From: Promethearchaeota archaeon
GTDB lineage: Archaea; Asgardarchaeota; Lokiarchaeia; Sigyniarchaeales; SOKP01
Length of the DNA: 14,116 nt
Reading direction: 5' to 3'
Assembly: GCA_019057795.1 (NCBI GenBank)
Contig: JAHLWS010000009.1
Span: forward strand, 1 to 14,116
Every line of letters starts with the position of its first letter. Positions within the stretch are counted from its first letter, which is position 1. The notes under the pieces are model-generated. The model worked only from the letters and a program-made list of their open reading frames with translations, was not told the DNA's origin and did not search any database. Shown here one piece after another: positions 1 through 8,507 of this stretch. A program made the position numbers and the translations under genes.

Positions 1-585
1 CAACTTGATAATTCTTTTTTTGTAGGTGGTTAGATTTATTCGATAAAGATCTCTTGGTTTCTTTAAAGATAATCGAAATTGAAATAAATGGGTTAGGTTA
101 AGAGAAGATCTAAATAAAAGATAAGTTGACAAAAGTGTAAAAATAAGAAGATAATAAATAATTCCCAGTATAATATCATAAAAATAAAGTGAAGTGAAAT
201 CAAAGGATAATGTTAAAAGTTCTATAATTCTCAATAAATTCAAAAAAAAATTTATAGGAATAAAAATTGCTGTAAGAAGCAATCCTTCTTTCCAATTTAT
301 TTTAGTAAAAAAGCAAAAAAATATAATAATAAATACAAAGATAAAACCAGATAATTCATTTGAAAATTGACAAGAAAAATTTGATGTGATAGCCAAATAT
401 GTGTTATTATATTTTTCAAATTCAAGATCAAAATCAAATAAGGACGATAAAACCTTAATAAATTCAACTTGGGGAAAATTGAGAATTTCAGGAGGTATAA
501 TAAAATATAATATTGTAGTAATTAAAAAGATAGAAAAAAAAATATAAACAATATGAGTAAATAATTGTTTTTTTAAGAAATTCAT
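1..585 (-). CDS. Archaeosortase/exosortase-like membrane protein, 3' end runs off the window; catalytic Cys and His positions appear substituted
   Basis: Manual translation from ATG at 585 gives 195 stop-free codons to base 1: MNFLKKQLFTHIVYIFFSIFLITTILYFII...TSNFSCQFSNELSGFIFVFIIIFFCFF...LLLTAIFIPINFFLNLLRIIELL...LYFYDIILGIIIYLLIFTLLSTY... The layout is TM, soluble loop, 'xxSG', TM, 'NxxRI', then 'xDxxxG' TM, as in exosortases. Confidence 0.6.
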   Translation of the reverse strand, partial: MNFLKKQLFTHIVYIFFSIFLITTILYFIIPPEILNFPQVEFIKVLSSLFDFDLEFEKYNNTYLAITSNFSCQFSNELSGFIFVFIIIFFCFFTKINWKEGLLLTAIFIPINFFLNLLRIIELLTLSFDFTSLYFYDIILGIIYYLLIFTLLSTYLLFRSSLNLTHLFQFRLSLKKPRDLYRINLTTYKKRIIKL

Positions 586-929
586 CTATTTCTCTCTAAG
601 AATGGTTTTTATTTTAAATGAGTTTTTGTATTGCTTTTTTATAAGGATGATTATACTAAATAGAGTTATAATATTCATATAAATTATATTTAAACGAAAA
701 AAATTAAAATGTATTTTATCACTGTTTTTTGTAAAATATTTATTTTATTAAAATCTATTTTATGTTTATAGAGAAAATTAGAATAGGTTTTAAATGTTAT
801 TTACTAAATTTACAGACACTCATATTTAAATGTTTGTTTTTACCTTATTCTACTATAAGTTATTCAAAATCACTCAAATATATAAAGAGAAAAACAAATT
901 TTTATTATAAAAATAAATCAAAAAATAAA

Positions 930-2804
930 ATGAATAAAAATTTAAATTGTCCTAAAAATTCATATGCTTCTCGAAAATGTAATTCCGAACCTATTGAAAA
1001 GCGAGTATTAGAGGAAATTATAGAGAAACCAATACCGGGCAAAATCTTAGATAATTTTTATAATGATGATTTATCTAAAAATGATAATCTTGAATTTAAA
1101 TTAATAAAGAGCTTAATAAGTTCAATTTATAAGCACGAGCGGGAGATTGTAGAGTTTGAGAAATCCTCTGAAAATATACTTAATCTTAACATCACAGGAG
1201 GAGTATGTCTTCGTCGTTTTAAAAACAGTATTGTTGCATCTGAAATTTCTAAAATCCTAGGTATTAGTTTAGATACAGCAAAGAGATGGTCGCATGAATT
1301 AGAATTGTCAAGAAATAAACCTATTAAGATGGAAATTCGTAGAACTACTTTTAAAAAAATGTGTGAACACATAGAAATTTTCTCAAATCATTGTAAGATT
1401 TATAATTCTTTCTCTAAAGTATTATCTGATTACCATGAAAATAAGTATAGGAAAGATTTTCGAGATGAGTTAGTATCAATTTTTAATAAATACATTAAAG
1501 GAGGAGGGGGAAAATCTTGGCTTTCAGAGATATTAGGAAAGAGTCGTTCTTACATATTTGATTTAGAACATAGAAGGGGAGAAAGAGGTAAAGGAGGTCC
1601 AGAACATTATGCAAAATATTTCAATTTACTTACCAATATACATTTGATTAGTAAAGAGAGCGTGGATTTTAAAGACGGCTTAGAAATTAGTGATCTTAAA
1701 GCAGAATGTCGTGATCTAATATTTAAGGAAATGAAAAAAAGGAAAATGATAAATGAATTATGTGAGTCGAAATATTCAAGACGAATAGTCAATACCGATA
1801 ATAGAGAATTGTTTGATATTATAATTCATTCATTATTAACACTAACTAAGATAGAGAGAGCGTTTGATAATGAAAATAGAGATTTTGTCTTTAATTATAC
1901 AGATTTAAGTAGATTGATTTCCAAAAATAATTCTCGAGATTTTCTTACAGGTAAATTTAGAAATGGATATATTCTAGCAAAAACCGAAGGTAAAAGATTA
2001 ATTAAAGAAATTAGAAAGGGATTCTATAATGAACCCAAAGCATGCCATGATGCAATATACAGAATTAAGGTACATATCAATAATCCATATTGGAGGGAGT
2101 ACGAAAAACATTTCATTGATTTAAGGTATATGCAGCGTAAGGAGCTTTTAGATTTAAGCTTAGGATTGGATATTTTCGACAAAAGTTTTATTGAGGATGC
2201 ACATCTTTTTGTCTCTGAGAATGGTGAAATTATAGAAGGAAGATATGTGTTCTATGTAACACGCCATCATCTTGATGAAGATCAGAAACAATTCTTGATT
2301 TTTGATTATAATTCTAGGGATTTCACATTTAAAATAGTACTTCTTCCTTCAAAATCTCATTGGAAGCTTCATGCGAATAAAGAAGAATTCTGCAAGAATA
2401 AAATATTATTAAATGCGAGAATGAAACATCTGTATAGTTTAATTAAATTGAAAAGTATTCCTAAAGGAAATTATGATCAAATAATAAAATCTGAATTTAA
2501 TAATGAAACTATTATGATTAACGGTCAAAATATTAAAATTTGGAGTAACCTCAACGAAGAAATAATCGATGAATGGATTAGAAGATGGAATGCACGCAAG
2601 ATCTTATCAGATAAGGAGTTTTATGAAAGGTTTTATCCAGATTTTTATACTCATCAATATAAACCACTTCTAAAAGACATGAATTTGTTTCAAAACAAGG
2701 ATCCTAAATGCCAGAGACCTGAATTTTGGTATTGGTATTTTAAACAGTATATTAAGAATAATATCTATCCCCATAATAAAAATAAACATAGACCTCTTTC
2801 ATGA
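930..2804 (+). CDS. Hypothetical multi-HTH protein with C-terminal HNH-like nuclease motif (624 aa from the probable start; ORF track starts at 762)
   Basis: HTH-like segments ASEISKILGISLDTAKRW, WLSEILGKSRSYI and YTDLSRLI; HNH-like RHHLDED...KIVLLPSKSHWKLH. 762-929 is extremely AT-rich and looks intergenic, so ATG at 930 (MNKNLNC) is preferred. Confidence 0.6.
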   Translation: MNKNLNCPKNSYASRKCNSEPIEKRVLEEIIEKPIPGKILDNFYNDDLSKNDNLEFKLIKSLISSIYKHEREIVEFEKSSENILNLNITGGVCLRRFKNSIVASEISKILGISLDTAKRWSHELELSRNKPIKMEIRRTTFKKMCEHIEIFSNHCKIYNSFSKVLSDYHENKYRKDFRDELVSIFNKYIKGGGGKSWLSEILGKSRSYIFDLEHRRGERGKGGPEHYAKYFNLLTNIHLISKESVDFKDGLEISDLKAECRDLIFKEMKKRKMINELCESKYSRRIVNTDNRELFDIIIHSLLTLTKIERAFDNENRDFVFNYTDLSRLISKNNSRDFLTGKFRNGYILAKTEGKRLIKEIRKGFYNEPKACHDAIYRIKVHINNPYWREYEKHFIDLRYMQRKELLDLSLGLDIFDKSFIEDAHLFVSENGEIIEGRYVFYVTRHHLDEDQKQFLIFDYNSRDFTFKIVLLPSKSHWKLHANKEEFCKNKILLNARMKHLYSLIKLKSIPKGNYDQIIKSEFNNETIMINGQNIKIWSNLNEEIIDEWIRRWNARKILSDKEFYERFYPDFYTHQYKPLLKDMNLFQNKDPKCQRPEFWYWYFKQYIKNNIYPHNKNKHRPLS

Positions 2805-2851
2805 CCTTTAAATTCATTCACAAGATCGAATTAATGATTAATAAAAAGAAA

Positions 2852-4282
2852 TTATTTGTTAAAAAAATCTATATTCCATCCAAGATAATTAAACAGAGCT
2901 TCATACACGATATCTCCAATTTCATTTAAAGAAACAGCAACATGATGGGCAAATCCGCTATTACATAATTTTTTCAATAAATCTTGCAAATTAGTAATCT
3001 CGACGACACCATACCCGCCATAGGTATCTAGTGTATCGTCAGTAAATTTACCCTCAACGAGCATTGCTTTTATTTCTCCAAAAAGATCATCGGTTTCTAT
3101 TCTTAGAAGTGTGCAAGGTTTAGTTTTAACCCTTCCCTGAATCGCGCCAAATGTATTAGCTTCACCTTGATATTCGGCCATAATAGGATGCGCTGTCATT
3201 TTTATATCTTGAAAGAATGATTTAGGAAGATTACTGCAGTGAAAAAGAACCATTTTGTTAGGATCATCGCCGTAATTATTGTTCCAATCTAAAATTGCCG
3301 AAGGTGTTTCGGTTGCTACTTGTAAAATATACATACCAATTAAACCCGCAATATCGACTTCACACGCAGCAGGAACCAAACCCTCGCTAAACATGCTCAT
3401 TACTGCACACGGCACGATTCCGAAATTAGAAACAATTGAAGGCCAACATTGAAAAGCAAAACCATCCAATTCGTTTTCCAATACCCAATTCTCGACAACA
3501 ACTGCTAGTTTTGCTAATTTTAATATGCCGTCTTCTGGAAATGTTGTAGTTGGTGTATAATCCTTAATGAGTTGAATTTTTTCCTCAACTTTAGGATCGC
3601 CATCTGGTAACCTACTAATTTCTCCAAAAATTTCTGACAAATCAATTGGTTCAATCGTAATCCCATGTAATTGTAAAATTTTCTCGCTATATCTCACAGT
3701 TTCAAAAGCGTTAGGTCTTACACCTATTTGCCCAAATCTGGCGTTTTTAAGTTTCATTACAATTTTACAGACTTTTTCAAATTTTATTATATCTGCTTTA
3801 AAAGCATCAGAGTTAATAGGACATGTATGTGTCTCAGTTAGTGTAAATGGAATTCCATGCTGATATAGAACGCTACAAACGGATAATTTTCCGCAGAATG
3901 CATCTCGTCTGAATTTTCGATTCATTTTATCGACTTCATCAGATGAAGCTTGCATAAGGATTGGAACATTTAAATCAGATAATTTTAGAGTGTTGACAAT
4001 GCCTTTTTCATCTCCAAAATTTGGTAAAACTACGATTATACCTACTATTTGTTCTTTATTTTCCATAAAAAGCTTAGCACATTTTTTTGCGTTGGAATAA
4101 GATTCTACTACACCATCTTTAGTATCGCTCTCGCTTAGAATAACATAACCAAACCCTAATTCTTTCAACACACTTATAATTTCTATTCGTCCCTCTTTAG
4201 CAAGATGGTCAGGGAAGACGTCTCTATTACCAACGATTACTCCAAATGCTAAATCTTGATCGCTTGTTTTCATTATTGACAT
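2852..4282 (-). CDS. L-fucose/L-arabinose isomerase family protein
   Basis: Family motifs LPNFGDE, RRDAFCGK, FQCWP, ACEVD (metal Glu), ILDWNN (Asp), FHCSN, FAHH (His); 476 aa. Confidence 0.88.
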   Translation of the reverse strand: MSIMKTSDQDLAFGVIVGNRDVFPDHLAKEGRIEIISVLKELGFGYVILSESDTKDGVVESYSNAKKCAKLFMENKEQIVGIIVVLPNFGDEKGIVNTLKLSDLNVPILMQASSDEVDKMNRKFRRDAFCGKLSVCSVLYQHGIPFTLTETHTCPINSDAFKADIIKFEKVCKIVMKLKNARFGQIGVRPNAFETVRYSEKILQLHGITIEPIDLSEIFGEISRLPDGDPKVEEKIQLIKDYTPTTTFPEDGILKLAKLAVVVENWVLENELDGFAFQCWPSIVSNFGIVPCAVMSMFSEGLVPAACEVDIAGLIGMYILQVATETPSAILDWNNNYGDDPNKMVLFHCSNLPKSFFQDIKMTAHPIMAEYQGEANTFGAIQGRVKTKPCTLLRIETDDLFGEIKAMLVEGKFTDDTLDTYGGYGVVEITNLQDLLKKLCNSGFAHHVAVSLNEIGDIVYEALFNYLGWNIDFFNK

Positions 4283-4341
4283 TTCTAAAACTATTTTATT
4301 TATTGATTTATGAGATTTTAATTTATTTTTTCATAGATTAA

Positions 4342-5235
4342 TTACGGGTTGTTTTTGATAAATTCTACAATAACTTCTGCCAGTTCAGGACCTTTATCTT
4401 CTTGAACAAAATGACCTGCATTTTTAATTATTGTGTGATTTTGTCCAGCAGCTCCAGGAACGATTGCTTGCCAAAACCTATCTCCTCCTCGAGTAATTGG
4501 ATCCTTATCAGAAAACGCTGTTAAAAAGGGTTTTTTCCATTGTTTAAAAAGTTCAATCGCTTTTTTATTAGCTTCGTGTTCCGGATCATCGGTACTGATT
4601 GGAACTAAAGAGGGCAAGATCCGGGCGCCAGCTTTAAAAGAATCGTCAGGAAAAGGCGCGTCATACCCGTTTAAAACCTCTTTAGATAATTTAGTGGTGG
4701 TTGCACCCTGTAAAATAAATTTGATGTCAAAAGAAGGTGAATTTCTAGAAAACTCCCGCCAATTAGTAAAAGCATCAGACATCCTTTGTTCACCGGTTGG
4801 TAACCCCCCATTTGATAAAACAATTCTATTAAATCGATCCTGATTTTCAATAGCAAGTCTTAAACCTATTAAAGATCCCCAATCTTGACAAAATAAGGTA
4901 ATGTTTCGAAGATCGAGTAATTGTAGCCATTTTGTCATCCATTCTACATGTTTAAGGTATGTGTGGTCGTTTTGTTCAATTGGTTTGTCTGAACGGCCAA
5001 ATCCTACTAAATCTGGCGCTAAAATTCTAAATCCTGCTTTCACCAAAATAGGAATCATATGTCTATATAAAAAACTCCATGATGGTTCACCGTGCATTAA
5101 TAAAATAACTTCTACTTGTTTAGGACCCTCGTCTAAATAGTGGATTCTGATTCCATCTACTTCAATAAAATGTGGTTCATATGGAAAGTTGGGGAGGTTA
5201 TCAAACCTCTCTTCGGGTGTGTTTAGTAATTTCAC
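4342..5235 (-). CDS. Haloalkane dehalogenase (alpha/beta hydrolase, DhlA/DhmA-like)
   Basis: TPEERFDNLP, HGEPSWSFLYR, PDLVGFGRSDKP, nucleophile FCQDWG, acid SDKDPI, base GHFVQED. GTG start is preceded by AAGGA. Confidence 0.93.
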   Translation of the reverse strand: MKLLNTPEERFDNLPNFPYEPHFIEVDGIRIHYLDEGPKQVEVILLMHGEPSWSFLYRHMIPILVKAGFRILAPDLVGFGRSDKPIEQNDHTYLKHVEWMTKWLQLLDLRNITLFCQDWGSLIGLRLAIENQDRFNRIVLSNGGLPTGEQRMSDAFTNWREFSRNSPSFDIKFILQGATTTKLSKEVLNGYDAPFPDDSFKAGARILPSLVPISTDDPEHEANKKAIELFKQWKKPFLTAFSDKDPITRGGDRFWQAIVPGAAGQNHTIIKNAGHFVQEDKGPELAEVIVEFIKNNP

Positions 5236-5413
5236 TTTTTCCTTAACCTATTGAATTTTTAATTCAATTAATCAAAAACCTTATTTATATAAAAAATAAT
5301 TCTTTTTTGATTTAATTTGAAAAAACAAGTTTACTATTATTTCAATTTAAAAAATTTAATTTTTATTGATTTATTCTAAAAATTAAGATTAAATTGTTTT
5401 TTATTCTTGACCG

Positions 5414-6688
5414 ATGATTTTTGTTAATTTACTAACTAGTGCAAAAAGAAAATTTAATAGATTCTGGGAAGAGAAAATATTCCGAATCGCTGTTTTACTT
5501 CATTTATTTTATTACCTTTTATCAATAATCCTGTTTTTTACGGTTCTTTCCGAAAAAAACGATTTTTTAATATTTTACGAATCAGGCAAGATTTTCCTCA
5601 ATGATATTAACAATCTCTATAATCAAACGTATTATCTTTGGGATTTTCGATACTTTCCTTTATCGGCACTATTCTTTGTTCCTTTTTCACTTATAGATTT
5701 TAGGTTAGCGTTTGTGTTATTTAATACACTAAATTTATTTTTGAATTTTCTAATTATCATGCTTTTATATAAGATAATAAAAATAGTTCGCGGAAAAGAT
5801 CACGAACAAAACGATAAAAGAATAATACTCTATATCAGTATATATTTAATGGGAGTGCCTCACGTTTTAAACTACATCTACGGGCAGATTAATTTGTTTA
5901 TTACTTTGTTTATTTTAATTTCCTTATTAATTTTTCTTACCTATAAAAGCAATGTTTGGCAGTTTATCGGGAGCTTTATCTTAGGATTTAGTATTATAAT
6001 TAAACCAACTTCGATCTTCCTTATCCCTTTTTTGTTAATATTACATTTTGACTTAGAAAAAAGAAAGCTTAAAATCGACTTTTTTAAAAGTTTTATAAGA
6101 ATTTTGGGAGTAATATTACCTGTTTTGTCTAATTTCGTTCTATTTGCTGCTTTTCCTAAATTATGGGAAGACTTTTTAGCAACCAACTTTACCGGAAGCA
6201 ATCCTATTGCTTTAAATTTTTCTTACAGTTTAACAAAACTCATTACTAACTTCTGTTTTCTTTATAATATTCCATTTAATCAATTAACGATACTGCTTGT
6301 CTCAGTTGGAATTGTTGGGGGCATTGGATTTATTAGTTTCGTTTTAATAAGGAAAAAACAAAATTCTATATTATATGGTTATACAATAGGTATTTTAATT
6401 ATGCTTCTTACGTATTTTGATTCTTGGGACCACCATCTCTTAAACTTGACGCCTCTTTTGATAATTATTATCTTTAATCTTCCGAGAAAGACTGAGTTGT
6501 TGAATTACATAAAGCCTAGTCTATTCTTCTTCAATTTTTTTGATATTCTGTTTGTTGGAATTTGGTATTTGACATATCCTCTATTTCCGTATAATTTTGT
6601 GGGAACATTTTTTCTAATCTTAGCGCTTTTCGGAGTTATAAAATACTGTTTAGTTAAAAAATCGTCGTTTCCAAACTGTCGCTCTTAA
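5414..6688 (+). CDS. GT-C fold glycosyltransferase family 87 (DUF2029), polytopic membrane protein
   Basis: DFLIFYESG, FRYFPLSALFFVPF, YGQIN, IIIKP and SWDHH motifs, with many hydrophobic helices. Confidence 0.82.
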   Translation: MIFVNLLTSAKRKFNRFWEEKIFRIAVLLHLFYYLLSIILFFTVLSEKNDFLIFYESGKIFLNDINNLYNQTYYLWDFRYFPLSALFFVPFSLIDFRLAFVLFNTLNLFLNFLIIMLLYKIIKIVRGKDHEQNDKRIILYISIYLMGVPHVLNYIYGQINLFITLFILISLLIFLTYKSNVWQFIGSFILGFSIIIKPTSIFLIPFLLILHFDLEKRKLKIDFFKSFIRILGVILPVLSNFVLFAAFPKLWEDFLATNFTGSNPIALNFSYSLTKLITNFCFLYNIPFNQLTILLVSVGIVGGIGFISFVLIRKKQNSILYGYTIGILIMLLTYFDSWDHHLLNLTPLLIIIIFNLPRKTELLNYIKPSLFFFNFFDILFVGIWYLTYPLFPYNFVGTFFLILALFGVIKYCLVKKSSFPNCRS

Positions 6689-6901
6689 TCTCTGAAGGCG
6701 CGTACGTTAGCTTCCCATTGGAGTTTGTGTACCAATTGTACCCACTAATAGGGGGTTATACGAGTAGATATTGCATTCCAACTTAAAGAGAACTGTTCAA
6801 GGGAAAATTCCCCCACAATTTACGAGAATAATAGTTCATATTCAGTCAATGCATAGTTGATAAGAATAGATTTAATAATTGATTTAATCATATTATTTAT
6901 T

Positions 6902-7048
6902 ATGATAAAATTAAAGGACAAATATAAAACGGAATGGCGAAATTTTTGGAAAAACCCTAACATTCCAGAAATTACCAAGATATATTATGGTATAGAATTT
7001 GAAACAGCAAGGGATTTTTATATTAAGGATTACAGATTATATTTTTGA
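6902..7048 (+). CDS. Possible small hypothetical protein (48 aa)
   Basis: MIKLKDKYKTEWRNFWKNPNIPEITKIYYGIEFETARDFYIKDYRLYF; protein-like composition, no recognised family. Confidence 0.3.
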   Translation: MIKLKDKYKTEWRNFWKNPNIPEITKIYYGIEFETARDFYIKDYRLYF

Positions 7049-7074
7049 AAAAAATAAAATAATTAGTGTTATAT

Positions 7075-7629
7075 TTATAACGACGGAATTAAATTCGCAA
7101 AACTGCAACGAGTTTTAATTTCTATCGATGGTAATTTATATTTTCTTATAAATTTTATGAGCGTACGCTGAAATTTCTTGAAAGTGTCAAAAAAAGTGTT
7201 ATGCGTGACCTGTTTGCGTAAAAATTTCCAAAACCACTCCATCGGGTTTAAATCGGGGGAATATGGAGGTAGAAAGAGAAGCTCGAGCTTCTCCTTATTA
7301 GCTTCTAAAAAGGGCTTCAACTCCTTGGAATGGTGCGCTCGGGCGTTATCCAAGATCATGAGGATTTTCCCCGAGCTCTTATACCTGGCAAGAAGTCCCT
7401 CTAAAAAGTGTTGGAAATGGGACGCTTTTAATGTGGCAGAAAACGCCACGTGAACCTTTCCTGTTAATGGCTCTACTGCACCAATGAGATGTTGTCGTTG
7501 TCGACCGCCATAGGTTAAGATTTCGGGCTGTTGTCCTTTCAACGACCACATACGTGTGATAGATGGCGAAAACTGGATGCTCGCCTCGTCTTGGAAAAGA
7601 ACTACGCTATCTTCTCTGAGAGAGTCCAA
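7075..7629 (-). CDS. IS630 transposase, DDE catalytic part (reached by -1 shift from the upstream ORF)
   Basis: FQDEA, ILDNARAH, LPPYSPDLNPMEWFW are the IS630/Tc1 DDE triad motifs. Confidence 0.93.
   Translation of the reverse strand: MDSLREDSVVLFQDEASIQFSPSITRMWSLKGQQPEILTYGGRQRQHLIGAVEPLTGKVHVAFSATLKASHFQHFLEGLLARYKSSGKILMILDNARAHHSKELKPFLEANKEKLELLFLPPYSPDLNPMEWFWKFLRKQVTHNTFFDTFKKFQRTLIKFIRKYKLPSIEIKTRCSFANLIPSL
7078..7099. repeat. IS630 terminal inverted repeat (downstream end)
   Basis: TAACGACGGAATTAAATTCGCA, preceded by TA. Confidence 0.85.
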
Positions 7630-8135
7630 ACTTTTTTAAAATCGTTCAGGAATTCTTTTTGTTTCTCGGGATCGGCCTTTGGAAACTTGTATTTCGGATG
7701 TTGGAGGGTGAATCCTAACTCGTGAAGGAGTCTCTGCGCTTGGCGTACGCTTAATTCTACGCCAAATTCCTGTTTAATGTGGTACGCCACGCTCTTTCCC
7801 TCCCAGTTGCTAAATTCGTGTCCTAATTCGCGAGGTTGCGTTAACACGTCCGCTTTTAACGTTTCTTTTTGTTCTTCGGTAAGGCTTGAGGGGCGCCCTG
7901 GAGGTGAAATTGGTGCGATTGCGACTAATCCTCCCTCATTAAACATCTTTACCCATGTTTGAACCGTTCTTCGGGACTTTTTTATCAATTCTGCGACTGT
8001 GGTGCAGTTCATGAATTCGTGCATCAAAAAGAGAGCGTGATATCGCTCTTTCAGCTTGGTTTTTCTTTCCTTTTTGTAGAGCTCGATTAATTCGTCATGA
8101 TCGGGTGAGCTCCTTGTTATTTGAAGTTTTTCCAT
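7602..8135 (-). CDS. IS630 transposase, N-terminal HTH DNA-binding part
   Basis: VAELIKKSRRTVQTWVKMFNEGG, PGRPSSLT, winged-HTH WEGKSVAYHIKQEFGVELS...LLHELGFT. Overlaps the DDE ORF in the -1 frame. Confidence 0.92.
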   Translation of the reverse strand: MEKLQITRSSPDHDELIELYKKERKTKLKERYHALFLMHEFMNCTTVAELIKKSRRTVQTWVKMFNEGGLVAIAPISPPGRPSSLTEEQKETLKADVLTQPRELGHEFSNWEGKSVAYHIKQEFGVELSVRQAQRLLHELGFTLQHPKYKFPKADPEKQKEFLNDFKKVWTLSEKIA

Positions 8136-8154
8136 GAATCTAAGGGCAATGAAA

Positions 8155-8170
8155 ACCCTTATTTAAGGGT
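8155..8170 (-). promoter_or_regulatory. Palindrome enclosing a putative TATA box of the transposase promoter
   Basis: ACCCTTA-TT-TAAGGGT perfect 7-bp arms; minus-strand TTAAATA lies 24-30 nt upstream of the ATG at 8135. Confidence 0.45.
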
Positions 8171-8209
8171 GTGATATCTAGGTGATATGATGGAAAAGGT
8201 CTTAAAGCA

Positions 8210-8231
8210 TGAGAGATTATTTATGTCGTTA
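8210..8231. repeat. IS630 terminal inverted repeat (upstream end)
   Basis: Reverse complement TAACGACATAAATAATCTCTCA, followed by TA. Confidence 0.85.
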
Positions 8232-8507
8232 TAAATAATTATGATAATCATGACGATTATTACTTCTATTACTTCTATATTGAACTTGATTTTATAATCA
8301 AATAATTTATTTATATAGCTAAACCCTTTATCGCTCCCCCGTTATGTCCTCCTAATTAATAGGGACTAGAATGATACATAAAAATTTAAATTTTGAAATA
8401 AAATTTGATATAAAAATTCATTCAAAACAAATTTCATTATTAAAAGGATAATGGAAATAAATTTGATATAATTTAATATCTTATTAAATAGTGTTAAAAT
8501 AAAATAG

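Larger units (their letters stand above)
7078..8231 (-). mobile_element. Complete IS630-family insertion sequence (1154 bp)
   Basis: Imperfect terminal inverted repeats (16/22 identical, first 7 bp TAACGAC perfect), TA duplication at 7076-7077 and 8232-8233, higher GC than the flanks, and HTH + DDE ORFs. Confidence 0.93.

Noticed and set aside
762-929. N-terminal 56 codons of the 680-aa ORF
   Set aside because: Extremely AT-rich and Lys/Asn/Tyr/Phe-biased; more likely part of the divergent intergenic region than coding sequence.
1127-6201. Short track ORFs 1127-1372, 1607-1792, 4671-4856, 4901-5140, 5941-6201
   Set aside because: Antisense or out-of-frame shadows inside well-supported genes, with no motifs.
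6690-6760. Possible group II intron domain V, tRNA or IS605 right end
   Set aside because: No domain V hairpin, cloverleaf or subterminal palindrome could be built.
7178-7962. Plus-strand ORFs 7178-7453, 7531-7725, 7777-7962
   Set aside because: Antisense shadows of the IS630 transposase.
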